In this document: positions 39,691-53,470 of the stretch, one piece after another
Layout of the letters: the number at the start of each line of letters is the position of its first letter
Numbering within the stretch: the first letter of the stretch is position 1
Made by a program: the position numbers and the translations under genes
NCBI GenBank assembly: GCA_951406725.2
Contig: OX597820.1
Span: 54,870,001 to 54,934,000, forward strand
Direction: 5' to 3'
Length of the DNA: 64,000 nt
Origin: Octopus vulgaris
Taxonomy: Eukaryota
The notes under the pieces: model-generated
Told to the model about the DNA's origin: nothing
Databases searched by the model: none
What the model saw: only the letters and a program-made list of their open reading frames with translations

Positions 39691-39766
39691 ATATATAAAA
39701 TTAATATAAACAGCATAAATGTGTGTGTGTGTATATATATAATATACATAAAATTAATATGAACAG

Positions 39767-39800
<34 letters not shown>

Positions 39801-39808
39801 TACATATT

Positions 39809-40041
39809 AAGGCGGTGAGCCGGCAGAAATCGTTAGCGCGCTGGACAAAATGCTTAGTGGTATTTCGTCTATCATTATGTTCTGAGTTCAAATTCCGCCG
39901 AGGTCAACTTTGCCTTTCATCCTTTCGAGGTCAATAAATAAAGTACCAGTTTCGCACTGGGGTCGATGTAATCGACTTAATCACTTTGTCTGTCCTTGAT
40001 TGTCCCCTCTATGTTTAGCCCCTTGTGGGTAGTAAAGAAAT
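39809..40041 (+). mobile_element. Full-length Nin-domain-type tRNA SINE
   Basis: GGCGGTGAGCCGGCAGAAATCGTTAGC...GAGTTCAAATTCC...GCCTTTCATCCTTTCG...AAGTACCAG. Confidence 0.8.
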
Positions 40042-40166
40042 ATATATATATATTTATATATATATATATATATATATATAAATATATATATATTGAAAGA
40101 AATGAAAATACATATAAAATTAATATGAACAGCATATATATATATATATACATATAAATACATATG

Positions 40167-40200
<34 letters not shown>

Positions 40201-40582
40201 TATATATATACACACATATATATATATATATATATACATATACACACATAACTATATATATATATATATATACATATACACACATAAATATATATATATA
40301 TATATATGTATACATATACACACATAAATATATATATATATATATATAGATAGATGTATAATCTCATCATCGTTTAATGTTCACTTTTACATTCTTACAC
40401 GGGTCATATGGAATTTTGATGAGACAGATTTTCTACTTCCTGTCACCAACCCTCACCTGTTTTCAAGCGAGGCAATATTTTCTCATAGCTAGACATGTTT
40501 TTTTTATGAAAGACTGGAAACAAGCAAGCTCACTTGTTTGACGGATGCATGACGTGATGTCTAGACAAGGGCTTGCATAAGT

Positions 40583-40613
<31 letters not shown>

Positions 40614-41035
40614 GCTGAAAATGGATAGAAGAAAATGCTGGTGATGAGGTGTCAGGATGTGTTATCATGGTACAAGAGGGTGAATGTGAGTGGTATGAGG
40701 GGCGAGGGCAGAAGAACAGGTGATAGTGATAGAGGCTGATGATCAGCTAAGTTCACAGGAGTGTGAGGTTAGTGATACATGGCTGGAGGTAAGAAATATA
40801 GGGATATATATATGATGCAGTGAACAGCAAACAGGGGAGGGGCTAAGGTCAGGGACAAGGAGGTGATAATTGGCAGTATGAAAAGAAAAAAAAGTGGGGT
40901 GGAGAACAGCATTATCACAAAACCCATATAAATGATAAATAGAGATGATGTGAAATGTGGGTGAGAGGTAGGGGTACTTGGTGACAAGGGTGGAGATCAG
41001 AGGTATGTTGGACTCTGTGTGTGTTTGTGTGTGTG

Positions 41036-41084
<49 letters not shown>

Positions 41085-41539
41085 ATGACAAACAGCAGTG
41101 GTGGGGATGTCAGTGGCTGATGTAAGATTGTATTCAATAATGATGTGAATTGATATTGAGAATGTGAGGAGGGTATCATGGGGAGGTGGCTCGAAAGAGA
41201 GGGGAAACTGGTAGCACAAAAGTGTGGGGATGAAATATGTGTATCTCTGTTCTCATGTAATTATAATTACAGCAGATAAGGAAGTGCTGTAGTTAGAAGA
41301 GTGATGGAGGAATGTGTGTTGGGAAGATGGGTTGTCGAGATGGCTTGAATGATGATGATGATTTACACCTTAGGTGTCACTTTACTCTTTTTGCAACTGC
41401 AACAATTTCTTGTAAATACTCCTTGCTGTCTGTTAATAACACTGTATCATTGGTATATCTTATATTATGTTTGTGCTATTGATTGTGAGACCTTTTATTT
41501 CATTTGACTCTCTGAATATATATAAAAAAACAAAAAAAA

Positions 41540-41873
41540 GACTCCCCTCAGTCATAAATGGCCATGGGATTGCACCAAGAAAGTTTCTCTCCAAGGCACA
41601 AGTCCGGGCAAGGTTGTTTGTAGAAGACCAGCAGTCGCTCATGCATTCCAGCCTCCTCTCTCCATGCCACTGATGTTATCCGAGGGAAAATCAAAGGCTG
41701 ATACAGCTTGGCACCAGTGATGTCACAACTCATTTTTACAGTTGAGTGAACTGGAACAACATGAAATAAAGGGTCTTGCTCAAGAACATAACACACAGCC
41801 CAGTCCAGGAATCAAACTCACTACCTCATGATTGTGTACCCAACACTTTAACAATTAAGCCATATGCTTTCAC
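41540..41873 (-). mobile_element. tRNA SINE, same family as 22681-23030
   Basis: Shared GAAGACCAGCAGTC, GAGTGAACTGGA and ATGAAATAAAG segments. Confidence 0.8.
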
Positions 41874-43466
41874 ACTCTGAATATATATTAAATATATATT
41901 GAATATATATATTCAGTATATATATTAAATAGATATGATTATAACACAAATCCTATTTTACACCTCTTTAGATTTCTGGTAGTTCTGACAATTCCTGGTC
42001 TATGTTGATGGCTGCCTTTTGGGTCCAGTATAAATCATAGATGACTCTGATGTCCTGTCCTTTTAAACTGACATTTTCTAAAGAGGTGATGAGCTTTCTG
42101 AGGTGTACACAGTCAAATGCCTAGGCCCAATCTCTGAAACCAATAAAATAAGCAACTAGTCAAGCCTTGGGGTTGATGTGACTAACTCCCTACACCAAAC
42201 TGTTGACCTTGTGTCAAAATTCTAAGCAATTTCTATTATTATCATTATTGCTGGTGCATGTCCAGTTATTCTATCCTCAGAATAAGTAATATTTTACATC
42301 CTCTCATATAAGAACATCGTGATATTGTTCTCTTGCAGTTCTCTGTTGAAACATATCCTACTTTGTTCTTCTGAAAGTTTTTGATGAAGCTCATGCTGTC
42401 TCTCAGCATCTGCTTACCAAAATAGTTGTCTTTGTCCTTGATATAGCGTACATCACTTCATACACTGCAACTGTGTTGCAGTGTATCTTTGTGAAGTTAC
42501 ATGTTCTATGTGCATGACCAATTGTTCAATTATAAAAAGTGTTTCTTAAAAATGGCTTTATAAAAATAACCATTGAGCTGTTTTTCTGAAATTATGAAAT
42601 GGAAGAAACTGAGGTGGACAAATAGTGCTTGTAAATTTAAGTTGCTGGTGCATTTGGTGAGAGAGATCAAGGTAAAAATTGTGATGGATAGACAGATACA
42701 GACACACATACACAAATAGAGAGATACATAGGTAGATAGATAGCTATGTAGATAGGTAGGTTGAAACACATGAAGACAGACAGATAAATGTGCACACACA
42801 CACACACACAAACAGATAGATAGTTACGTGGATAAACAGACAAATAGATCTTGAAAAATAAACAATGGAAAACAAATGCTTTTATGTAAGTTTTCTTCAG
42901 AAAAATTTATGTACGGAAATTCATACTTTTTTTTTTCCATGTCATAATAAATTAGCTCAATATGTTAAACTTATGGTTTTAATGATCATGTTGAGAAATA
43001 TATGTGTGTATCTGTGTACATATATCATCATTATCTTCTTCATTTAATGTTTACTTGCCATGCTAGCATGGGTAGGATGATCTGACAAGGAATTGGCAAG
43101 CTGCAGGGCTGCATTGATCTCCAATGTCATCATTGGCATGCTTTGCACAGCTGGATGTCCTTCCTAGTACCAACCACTTTACAGAGTGTACTGGGTGCTT
43201 TTTGTCATGCCACTGGCATTAGTGAGGTTGCCATGTAACTTGCAAGAAGAAGTAAGCTCCCACAACTGAGAAGTATTTGGGAGGGGAAGGTGGCCTTAAG
43301 TAACTATGTCAGGTGTTGAAAGGGTAAAGTATGATAAAGGGACAAGCACAGATGTCTTGATATAGAGGAGATAAGCAGAAGGTAGTGATGGAGTGCTAGA
43401 GCAAACTCTCAAGGAACAAGAAGGTGAGCATAGAAGCATCATAGAAGGGGACAAGGGAAGTGATAT

Positions 43467-43798
43467 AAAGTTGCAAAGCCTGAATTATGAGATTTTGCAA
43501 CATCCTTCCTATTCTCCTGGTATCTCTCCTACTGATCATTACTTATTTAAGCATTTTGAGCTTTTCATAAGCAATAAAATATTCTTAATTAGAGAAGAGG
43601 TAATTAAAGCATTTGGACAGTTTATCACAGCAAAAGATGAATTTTTTTTAAAGAAGGAATACATGATATAGATAAAATGTTGGGTAAATGTTATAAACAA
43701 ACATGGATCATACTTTGATTAAATAAATCAGTTCTCTAACACTTGCAAAACATTTTATTGTTACCTTTCAAATATGACATTTCATGTAAAACAACCTA

Positions 43799-43800
<2 letters not shown>
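43467..43800 (+). mobile_element. mariner transposase C-terminal remnant with 3' TIR
   Basis: EILQHPSYSPGISPTDHYLFKH (mariner HPPYSPDLAPSDYHLF motif); ends ...ACAACCTAA then TA. Confidence 0.8.
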
Positions 43801-43831
<31 letters not shown>

Positions 43832-46066
43832 CTTACACACCGATGAGGTTGAGTTGTGAACCAAACTAGAAGTCTTGGCTATTCTACAGACAAATTCTAC
43901 CAAAATTATTATAGTATTTAATGTGGCAAGCTGGCACAGTTGTAAGTGCATTGAACAAGATGCAGCATTTCTTTCATCTTATGTTGAGAGTGACTTTGCC
44001 TTTCATCCTTTCAGGATCATTAAGTACTAGAACTGATATAATTGACTTGTCTCTTCACCTCCCTCCACCCTGCCAGTCATCTCTCTTCCATTACCTCCTC
44101 ATATATACCATTGGTCACCCAGCAACTCTACCCAATTTCTACAGTTGTCATCTATTTTTCCCTATTTATCATCCCTCAGTACTTGTTCTCCATTATATGC
44201 TCATTTTCACCCTTTCCCTATCTCGAATCATCTCTCACTGCCCCCATACACTTTTGCAGCCACTAACCACCTGCCTGTTCTCCTGCCTCTCCTCCCACTC
44301 ATTCCCACTATTTTTCATCCATTTCCAGCTCCACTCAGCTTACTCCCACTCTATCTCCTAGAATGTGAGCGAACATGTAGTTCATCTACAGCAAGAAGCT
44401 TATCTCTCCTTGCTTTTCCTCTCACTCTCATTCCGTAGTATTAAGCTGTTTCCTTGCTCCATACTGTAACCCCACTCAGTTGAAGGGGATCTTAGTTTTG
44501 TAACCACACTAGTGCTTGTACCATGCAAAAAGCACCCAGTATAAGCTATAAAGTGGTTGGTGTTAGGAAGGGCATCCAACCATAGAAACCCTACCAAGGC
44601 TGATATTGAAGCACAATGTAGTCTTTGATCCCAGTTAGTCCTGTCAAACCGTCCAACACATGCCAGCATGGAATATGAACATTGTGTGGATATGGCATGG
44701 TTTTCTATGGCTGGATGCCCTTCCCAACGCCAACCACCCTAAGAGTGTAGTGGCACATAAAAACACCCATTACACTCTTGGAGTGGTTGGTGTTAGGAAG
44801 GGCATCCAGCTGTAGAAAACCATGCCAAATCAAACTGGAGTCTGATGCAACGTTCCAGCTTACCAGCTCTGGTCAAACTGTCCAACCCATGCTAGCATGG
44901 ACAACAGACATTTAATGATGTTATATATATATATAACCGTTATATGCAACAGTAGCAGTATTTGATTGAAATAGCTATCTGTGTATCATACTTAATGTAA
45001 ATACATCACAAAAGGCAAATCAACAGTGGTATTTATCCAGAGATATCTCTTATGGGCATGCTGTGTTCATAAATACAATGTATATCAGAAGCAGAGGAAA
45101 GCAGTCTTTTTCAGCCCCACCCCAGCCACCCCTACCCATTCTTTTATAATGTAAGTAGCCAGGTAGCTCCTTTGCAGTAGAAAACCTGTTTTAAGCTGGC
45201 CTCCTTCTTTCATACTTCAACATCTCATCTACTGCCCTCCTCTCTACTAAAAACTCATTCAGATGAAAGTGATACTAGTCTTCTTGCAAGGTGCGTGGCA
45301 ACCTCACTAGTGCTAGTGATATGAAAAAGCACCCTGTCCATGCTGTAAAGTGGTTGGTGTTAGGAAGGGCATCTAGCCATAAAAACCATGCAGTCCTTGG
45401 ACCTTTTCAACCCTGTTTAACTGTCCAACCCATACTAGCATGGAACCCTGAAATATAAAACACATTCTCATTAATTTCTGGCATTTTGCAGAGCATTCTT
45501 TGTCTCATTTCTCTCTAGATTTTGCACATATTCTGCATTCAGTGGCAATGTTTTGGCTGACATGCAATGTGGCACTTCTATGTTCAACACTTTAGCATTT
45601 ATACTGGCCCATATCTTCTACCTGTTTTATATTCAAACCAGCTAGATCTAATCCCTCTCAACTACCATGTAATGTCGTTCTGAAAATAAGCAATCACATC
45701 AAAATCTCAAAGTTATGAAATAATACATGGTTAATTCAAAACAATGTGAATAAATTAGTATTACATATGACAGAGTAATCTGAATGCTAGAGGGTTAAAG
45801 AGAGTATCCTTTGGTTACTAGTAGGAGTAAAAGTTCTCTCATCTTTTCCCACACTAAGTTTAGCTTCTGTGTTTTTCAGAAGACCTTCCCCAGCTGCCAA
45901 TCAGGTTAATCAGTTACTTCTAAGAAGCCCTCCAGGCATTTGTAAGAATTTATTTCATTATTGGTCTTATCGCTAAACTCATTCCAATGCATTTGGTACA
46001 TCATTATCATCATTATTGATAATACTGTTCTTCCATGCTGGCAGAAAAGTCATATAGCACCATATA

Positions 46067-47319
46067 CAGGGTGTGTAAGATATTTGAGGACAGATTTATG
46101 TTTATAAAAAAACAGATATATAATAACAGATAATAACTTCATTTATCAAAAAATGCTATGAGGATAAAAATAATCCTTCTTTGCTATAATGTTATTCAAT
46201 AAAGCCACCTCAGCTTCAACAACTATTATATGAGATCTAAATCATCTACATGCTTGAATCAAGTGGTCCTGGTTCATTTTAGACATTACTCTAATTATGG
46301 CAGCTTTCATAGAATCTTTGATGTTATGGGCATGTTCATTGACCTCTCTCTCAACAATGCTCTACGTGTAATAGTCCAATGGATTGAGATCTAGGGAATT
46401 AGGAGGCCAAATGTTAGGGGTTATGTGATCATGAAATTTTTCAGCCATCCATTCCTGTGTTACTAGAGCCATGTGTGATAGTGCAGAGTCTTACTGAAAC
46501 ACATATGGCCTTCCATTGCATACACTGTCTATCTAGGGTTTAACAATTATTTCCAGGACCTCAATGTATGTGACAGAGTTAACTCTAAGGCCTTGTGGAA
46601 AGAAGTAATGAAGCATCACATGTCCTTCATTGCTGACAACCCCTAAAACCATGACAGTTGCAGGAAATTGTGTATGCATAACACTTGGAACTTCCAAAGG
46701 TCTGCACATAACCATCTGTCATTTCTTCTGTTAACTTTTTGATCTTGGACGAAGTTTTTCTTGTTTGAGAAAAACCAAATCAAATCTTCTGCTGGATTTT
46801 TCAGTTTATTTAAGAGCCTTTTAGATCTGATGTAGTGATTTTCTTTTGCTTTTTCAGACAAATTGACCATTCCTCATCATATAAGACTTACAATCTGATA
46901 TCTTCATGGATAACATTTCTGACTTCCTTCTGACACATGATCTTTTGCAATTGACCTCATGGACTTTCTGGGATTGTAATCAATGGTCTGTTGAACTTGC
47001 TGGATAAATTCAGGTGTTCTGATGATTTCAAAGCACTTAGAATGCTATTTATGCTTTGACACTAGGGATATGTTTCCCTCTTCAGTCTCTATCTCCTTAT
47101 AAATTTTGTTGACAAAAGATCTGACAACTTTTAAAACTCAAAATATTTCTAAATCACTATGCTCTGCCTTTATACCCACAATAACAGCTTGCCTCTTTAT
47201 TTCTTGAGTAAGCTGAGGGCCTGCCATTATTATTTTCTGAAACAAAGATTATACAGAGTTAGCAAAAAGTGCTGCAATGACCCCAAAAAGGTATGTTCTC
47301 AAATACTTTATGCACCCTG
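46067..47319 (-). mobile_element. Near-full-length degenerate DD37D (maT) Tc1/mariner transposon
   Basis: TIRs CAGGGTGTGTAAGATATTTGAG / CTCAAATACTTTATGCACCCTG; D-SALSHMALVTQEWMAEKFHDHITPNIWPPNSLDLNPL-D gives 37-residue spacing; stops and frameshifts present. Confidence 0.88.
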
Positions 47320-47489
47320 TGCTTTAAATGTATCTGTTAACATAGCTAGGTACTTCCTGACTTAATCAGAGTGCACTTCCTACCATACATAACAAAAGTT
47401 CTAATCAGAATGCAATTATAGTTAGCTCTAGTTTTGTGGGTAATATCAAATTCTTAATTATAACAGTAGTAAGATACTGTATATATCAA

Positions 47490-47850
47490 CTCCTGAATGA
47501 ATGCGACTGTAGGGACCTAGCTGGTTATCCACTTCAGTACTAATGCATATTGAAGGAGCACTTGCATAGATCAAATGTTCAACTAAATGACAGTATAGAC
47601 AAAATATATATCAGGCTGATGGAAAACTCATTTAGGATCCAATTCACACATAAGCATGTATTGAGGAACAGGAACACATGCACCTCCACTTCACTGTCAA
47701 AATACATCTAGCAGCTGAAAGACAGTGGGATTCAGAAACACTCCATAAAGTGGAGCACAGCTGCGAAGTCAAAGGCATAAAGGACTTAGCACAATATGCC
47801 ACGTGTGTGTTTCAGAAAATCTAAAAATTCTCATTCAACCTGCTAACATT
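47490..47850 (+). mobile_element. Penelope-like element GIY-YIG endonuclease remnant
   Basis: NECDCRD..., KIYIRLMENSFRIQFTHKHVLRNRN..STSLSKYI*QLKDSG...IKWS, resembling the PLE pattern YIG.T...FK.R...H....ST.LSKYIW.LK....IKW. Confidence 0.7.
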
Positions 47851-48906
47851 CTAAAGCTGAAGGGAGGGACCATATCCTTTTCTAGAGGAATTCCACCTGC
47901 AAGCTAGATAATGTCCATCGACCTAGGTTGTTAACACATACTATCATTATTTTCCTTTTAATTTAATCTTAATATGATTTTAATATTAATTTAATTGTCA
48001 GCTGAAAATAATAGTCCATAAAGCTTTCAGTATGATTTAGTCCTGATGGAATATAAAATTATTTACAGCTTGAGACTTCTTTAAGACAATTATATATCGG
48101 TGACATTAGACATAGACATTGCCTTGTGGTTAATAAGCTTGCTTCAGAATCACATAGCTTAAGGTTCATTCCCACTATGTGGTACTGCTGGCTGGTGTCT
48201 TCTACTATAGTCACAAGCTGATCAATACCTTATAAGTGAATTGGAGGATGGAAACTGTAAGCTCATTGTGTGTATGTGTGTGCATGCAAGTGTTTGTATT
48301 TTCTCCTCTTGTGTCTTCTCCTTGCCTTATGCCTTTTCCTTGTCTTGTTAATTGAAAACAAGGTCACCATTTATTCAAATGGCATCATTTATTTACAATC
48401 TTCCATGAAAACATGTCTGGCCATTGAGCTGTTTGTTGTTCAGATGACTAGGGGAATATATAACTTTGCTTGGAAATAGGTGAAAGATGGCAACAGGAAG
48501 AGCATCCAACCATAGAAAATCTATCTCAACAAGCTTACTGTGAACTATGCAAGCAAAGAAAATGGTACCAATCCTTTTGATATCAATCAGCCTGAAATCA
48601 TCCTTGTTTCTATGTTATAAATTCTGTTTTTAAGTAATCTAAATCAAAATTGTGCATCAAAATTCCATGTCAATTTATATTCCAGACATCAGCTTAATAA
48701 CGACAAAGTTAATTTACGAAATTCTTCATTGTTTTCAAAATTAATTGAAACAAAGTCTGTGCATGCTGATAGGAATAGGTTACAAAAGGAGGCAGTAACA
48801 TTGATGATTATATAATAATCTTAAAAGCTGTCAATAGTTTTATATTCAGTTATAACTAAATCTTATTGAAACTCTTATAGACCACTACTTGGCAATTATA
48901 TTAATA

Positions 48907-49409
48907 CTAGCTGGTCCTGTGCCATCAAAAATGATGGCTAATTATAGTAATTTATATATAAATAAGGACAAAGATAGAATATGGATGGTAATTCAAATTA
49001 ATACACTTGTCAATGTTATCTAGTGATTGTCTTCTGAGATGTGACATCAATCATCGTTTGTTACTGAAAGAATGCTGGTTCACATATACAGACATTAACA
49101 TCCCATTGTACATGCATACAAATACATACATATACTCACACAGGATTGAAAGGCTGTTTGATCTTTCTTTTATGTTGAATGTTCACCATCCCACTTTCAT
49201 TGCATACACACACACACATCCCTTTTATATACACACACATATACTCACACAGAGTTGAAATGCTATTTGATTTTCTTTTTTCACTGTAGAACTTCCATCA
49301 TCCCACTACCAAGTTTGCCACCACCCCTTCCTTCTTTAGTCTTCTATCATCCCTTCCTTTCTCATTCATATGTTGTGATCGAGAAAAACACGAGTATTAT
49401 TATAGCAGA
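48907..49409 (-). mobile_element. Non-autonomous Helitron-like element
   Basis: On the - strand it runs A|TC ... hairpin (GCCATCA/TGATGGC) ... CTAG|T; internal direct repeat. Confidence 0.55.
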
Positions 49410-49797
49410 TTAAAAGGTAGACAAAATATTGTGACTAAGATTCTAAGTGTCTATTGTCAGAAATGTGACTATAACAATTTAGTAGCCTTAACAAAGTGGT
49501 ATTTTAGGTGTTTGTATAATCAGCACTTAAATGTTTTTCTTATGCTGAGACTGGAAAATCTGTAGAATATCAAACAGTTAGAACTTGACTGAAGCCCAAA
49601 AGAGCATAACGAACTGACATATGGTATTATTAAATGTAAATTAATTCATATAATTGAACCTTTCGATTCTACACAGTCTAACAATCTTGCCATAAACTAA
49701 AAACAAACTAGTGGCCATAATATCATGCAATAAATAACATCAATGCCGACTGTAATGTAGAGTAGCACCATTAAAACTAATAGAAAGCAACTAGAAA

Positions 49798-49828
<31 letters not shown>

Positions 49829-50379
49829 AGATTCCTGAAGAGTAAAAATTGGCAGCATTATTAGTATGTAGAACAAATTGCTTTGTGGTATTTGTTTCAG
49901 CTTTCTGCTTTCAAATCCTGCCAAGGTCAATTTTGCTTTTTATCATTTCAGGGTCAGTAAAATAAAATAACATTCTAGATTGGTGGATTAGCAGAAATGG
50001 CAAAGCACTGGATAAGATGACATGCTGGATTTCATCCCCAGATCTTTGCGTTCTGGGTTCTTGGGTTGTTGACTTAATGTGCTCCCTGTGTTAACACTAC
50101 TACTTGGTCTTAGGGTGTCTTTAGCAAACTTCAAGGAAGATAACTTCCTCTCTTACTCGTACCAGTCTTAGAGGCCCTGAAAAATAGTCATAATCACTAC
50201 ATTTTCTTTTCTAAGTTTTACATCCACCCAATAAAAGAGAGGTGGGGGGGAGCATTTCACATGAGTTTCTTTTTAATGTTTTTGTTTTTTTTACTTGCTA
50301 AGTCTGGAGGACGGGACAATATCTATGACCCCTGCAAACTACCTGTGAGGTACAGTCAGTATCATTGATGTTCCATTTA

Positions 50380-51950
50380 AACTGTTTCAGGTCACCATCT
50401 GCTGGAAAGGTTGGAAAAACAAGTAGGTCAGAGCTGAGTAGTGAAGTATGAGATTGACTGGGTCTGAGGTGCTGAGACCATTATAGTAGTAACAGAAGAG
50501 ACAATGTACCTGTGAGTCGGCAGCTGGGGTATGTTCATTAGAGATAGAATATCAGTCGAGTGACCCTTCTTGGATATGATCCAGAATGTCTGTGTACATC
50601 ACAGCAATACTGTCCCAGACATGGCCATAGTACTCCATTGTAGACTTCACTTGAGCTTTGTAGAGTGTCAGCAGCTCTTGGGAGCTGAAATATTTTCTGG
50701 CCCTGAAGAAAAGGATCTAGTCTTTTTGATACTGTCTCCTAGTTATGCTAAAGATGGACTTTTGTCAGGAGATATCCCCAGGAATTGTAGACACAGAGCA
50801 TTTGGAGTTGTTGCAAGGAATCTGAGTGCTACTCTTGTTTAGATGATATCCGGTATGTTTTTTTGATATGAATGTTGCTTGAGTTTTTCTCTTCTTTTGG
50901 TGGTGTTGTTAAAAGTGACATGGTTGGCATGGTCTCTTTGAAAGATGTTTTCAAGGTCTTGCATATGGTTGATGCCTGATTAGGGAAAGGTGGAGAGGAA
51001 TGAAAGGTTGTGTTATTTGCATAAGAGTGAGTGTTGTAGGCTGTGCCAGTAAGTAGATCATTGGGGTATAGAGAGTGAGAGACAAAACCAAACTCTGAAG
51101 AATGCTGGGGTCGATTGAGAGAGGAGCTGAAAGACCTCCAACAATATTTACTGCAATAGTGTGATCTAGTAGAAAGTGGAGTTTTTGTAGGAAATTCAAC
51201 CATCCATGACATTTGCATGAAATGGATGGTTGAAGACATTGCTAAAATCTAGAGCAACAACATTGTTTTTACCAGATTTTTCTTAAAGCAAGTACACATT
51301 GGTGAATAGGTCTCCGTTGCATCTGGCTCTTTGGAAGCCATGATAGTGGTCATTCAGGAGTGGTGAGGATTCAAGATGTTGGAAAACTTCATTGTTAATG
51401 GTTGTTTCCATTACTTTGGACATGCTAGAAGTGAGAGCAGTGAGGAAATACTTGGCTGGGTCAAAGAGGTTGTTTTCCTTTGTAATACGACCCACTGAAT
51501 GGTTTCCAAATGCCAGTGTATGTCACCATAGAGAATGGGAGATTAAAGAGTTTGGTGAGTATAGGACTAAGTTTTGGCATTATTTAAATGTTATGGAAGG
51601 GATCATTTCAGGGTTGGTAGCCTTGTTTGTTTGAAGAAGCTGGGGTATTTTTGAACTTAGCATCTATGGGTATGTGGAATGTGGAGCAGGGGGAATGCTT
51701 ATTGGAACAGAAGAGGGTAGATTTGGAGGGAATTGGTCAAGGGTATGTAGTGTGGAGTTAGACGCAAAGGATGCAGTGTAGGTGGGTGCTTTCTCCATGG
51801 GGGTATTGATTATGAAGCCAGTATTGTTTAGAAAAGGGAAAGAATTGGAGATCCTTTAGACTATGGATCAGAAGACTCAGCAGCAGTTTGGGAGAGGAGA
51901 AAGCTTGAGAGCTGTGTGATGCATGAAGGCATCTTTTGCTCAATGGATAG
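50380..51950 (-). mobile_element. Degraded LINE ORF2 (RT) remnant, CR1/L2/Jockey group
   Basis: DPAKYFLTALTSSMSKVMETTIN...LLNDHYHGFQRAR and HSYANNTT (decayed YADD). Confidence 0.75.
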
Positions 51951-53130
51951 TAGTCTTACAGGAATTGCACTATTGAGTGAATGCCACCCAGTTTTGTGGA
52001 GTGGGTGGAATTATCTAGTTGCTATAAGCTTTGTTTTTTTGCCCAAAAGCTACAGTAAGTATGTAAGATTGTCTACTATGCCCTATTCTTTTTTTACAAA
52101 GACTGACCTGAGGGAGATTTAACCGCTTTCTCTAATAGGTTGCTCTACCACTAAAAAGATCTGGTGATCTAGGCTGCAGATGGTGATGTTACCATTTGTA
52201 GCTGAGCTGTCAGCAATGACATCACTGTCTGTGACTTGGCTGCAACTGATGACAATTATTGACATTTCCTATCAACAAATTGTCTGCTAATTCTGTGCTT
52301 TCGAATTCGTCTGGAATTAAAATTCTTTTACCTAAAATGCAAGTAATGTTTGATGACAGGAAGGGCATTTGGCCATAAAGATCCTGCCTCAAGTCCCTTT
52401 CCATGCTAGCATAGAAAAAACAGATGTTAAACACACACATTGTATGGCGTTCATCAGTTCTTGTGGAGGGGGATAAAGAGCAATTTTTAAAATGATTGTA
52501 AAGTCCCATCCTTGACCTGCAGCTGATATCTCACATATACATATGTCCATATGCATACACACACAAATATATGAAACACATCACCCCACACAGTGCACGC
52601 ACTAGGTTACTTGTATACATACACACACATGCTCCCAAACACACATACAGAGATCCATGCATATGCACACACACACATAATCCCACCCACATGTACACAC
52701 ATCTATATGCACACATACATATACACACCAGTACATGAAACGCACATCATTCCACAAAATGTACACACTAGGTTACTTATACACACACACACACACAGGT
52801 CCACATAATTTTAAGCTTGTCCACACATACATATGCACTCGCATACACACACATACACACACGCGCTTGTGCACCCTAGTTCGGTTGGGTCCTGTTATTA
52901 ACTCCCTTTCTTCCAGCCATTTGATCTTGTTGAACCCCACACATTTTTTCTTTCTCCTCGTTTTTTTTTTTTTTTTTTTGTTCTCCATTTTTTCCCCTTT
53001 CAATCCTTTCTTTCAAAGAGCATAAGCTCGAAACGTCAGAGACTTTTCCACTCTTCCCAAGTGCTGAACTAATACACCTGCTTGTTATTCCTTCACCTGT
53101 GTTTGTGTTTTGTTTCCTGTAAATTTGAAC

Positions 53131-53162
<32 letters not shown>

Positions 53163-53173
53163 CATCATCATCA

Positions 53174-53470
53174 TCATGTGACCAACCAGACCATCAGATG
53201 TTGCTACACATCGCTGGTCACAATGCATTCGCATTGTTTTAGCCTTCGAATGACGCCACCCCGCTGGCTAAGCAAGCAGGCCAACAGAAGAAAGAGTGAG
53301 AGAAAGTTGTGGTGAAAGAGTACAGCAGGGATCACCACCCCCTGCCGGAGCCTCGTGGAGCTTTTAGGTGCTTTTGCTCAATAAACACTCACAACGCCCG
53401 GTCTAGGAATCGAAACCGCGATCCTACGACCGCGAGTCCGCTGCCCTAACCACTAGGCCATTGCGCCTCC
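53174..53470 (-). mobile_element. Young, CpG-retaining tRNA(Arg-like)-derived SINE
   Basis: Head on the - strand GGAGGCGCAATGGCCTAGTGGTTAGGGCAGCGGACTCGCGGTCGTAGGATCGCGGTTTCGATTCC (boxes A and B); (TGA)n tail. Confidence 0.8.

Noticed and set aside
53395-53470. tRNA gene
   Set aside because: The acceptor stem does not close and the sequence continues into a SINE body and tail; it is a tRNA-derived SINE head.
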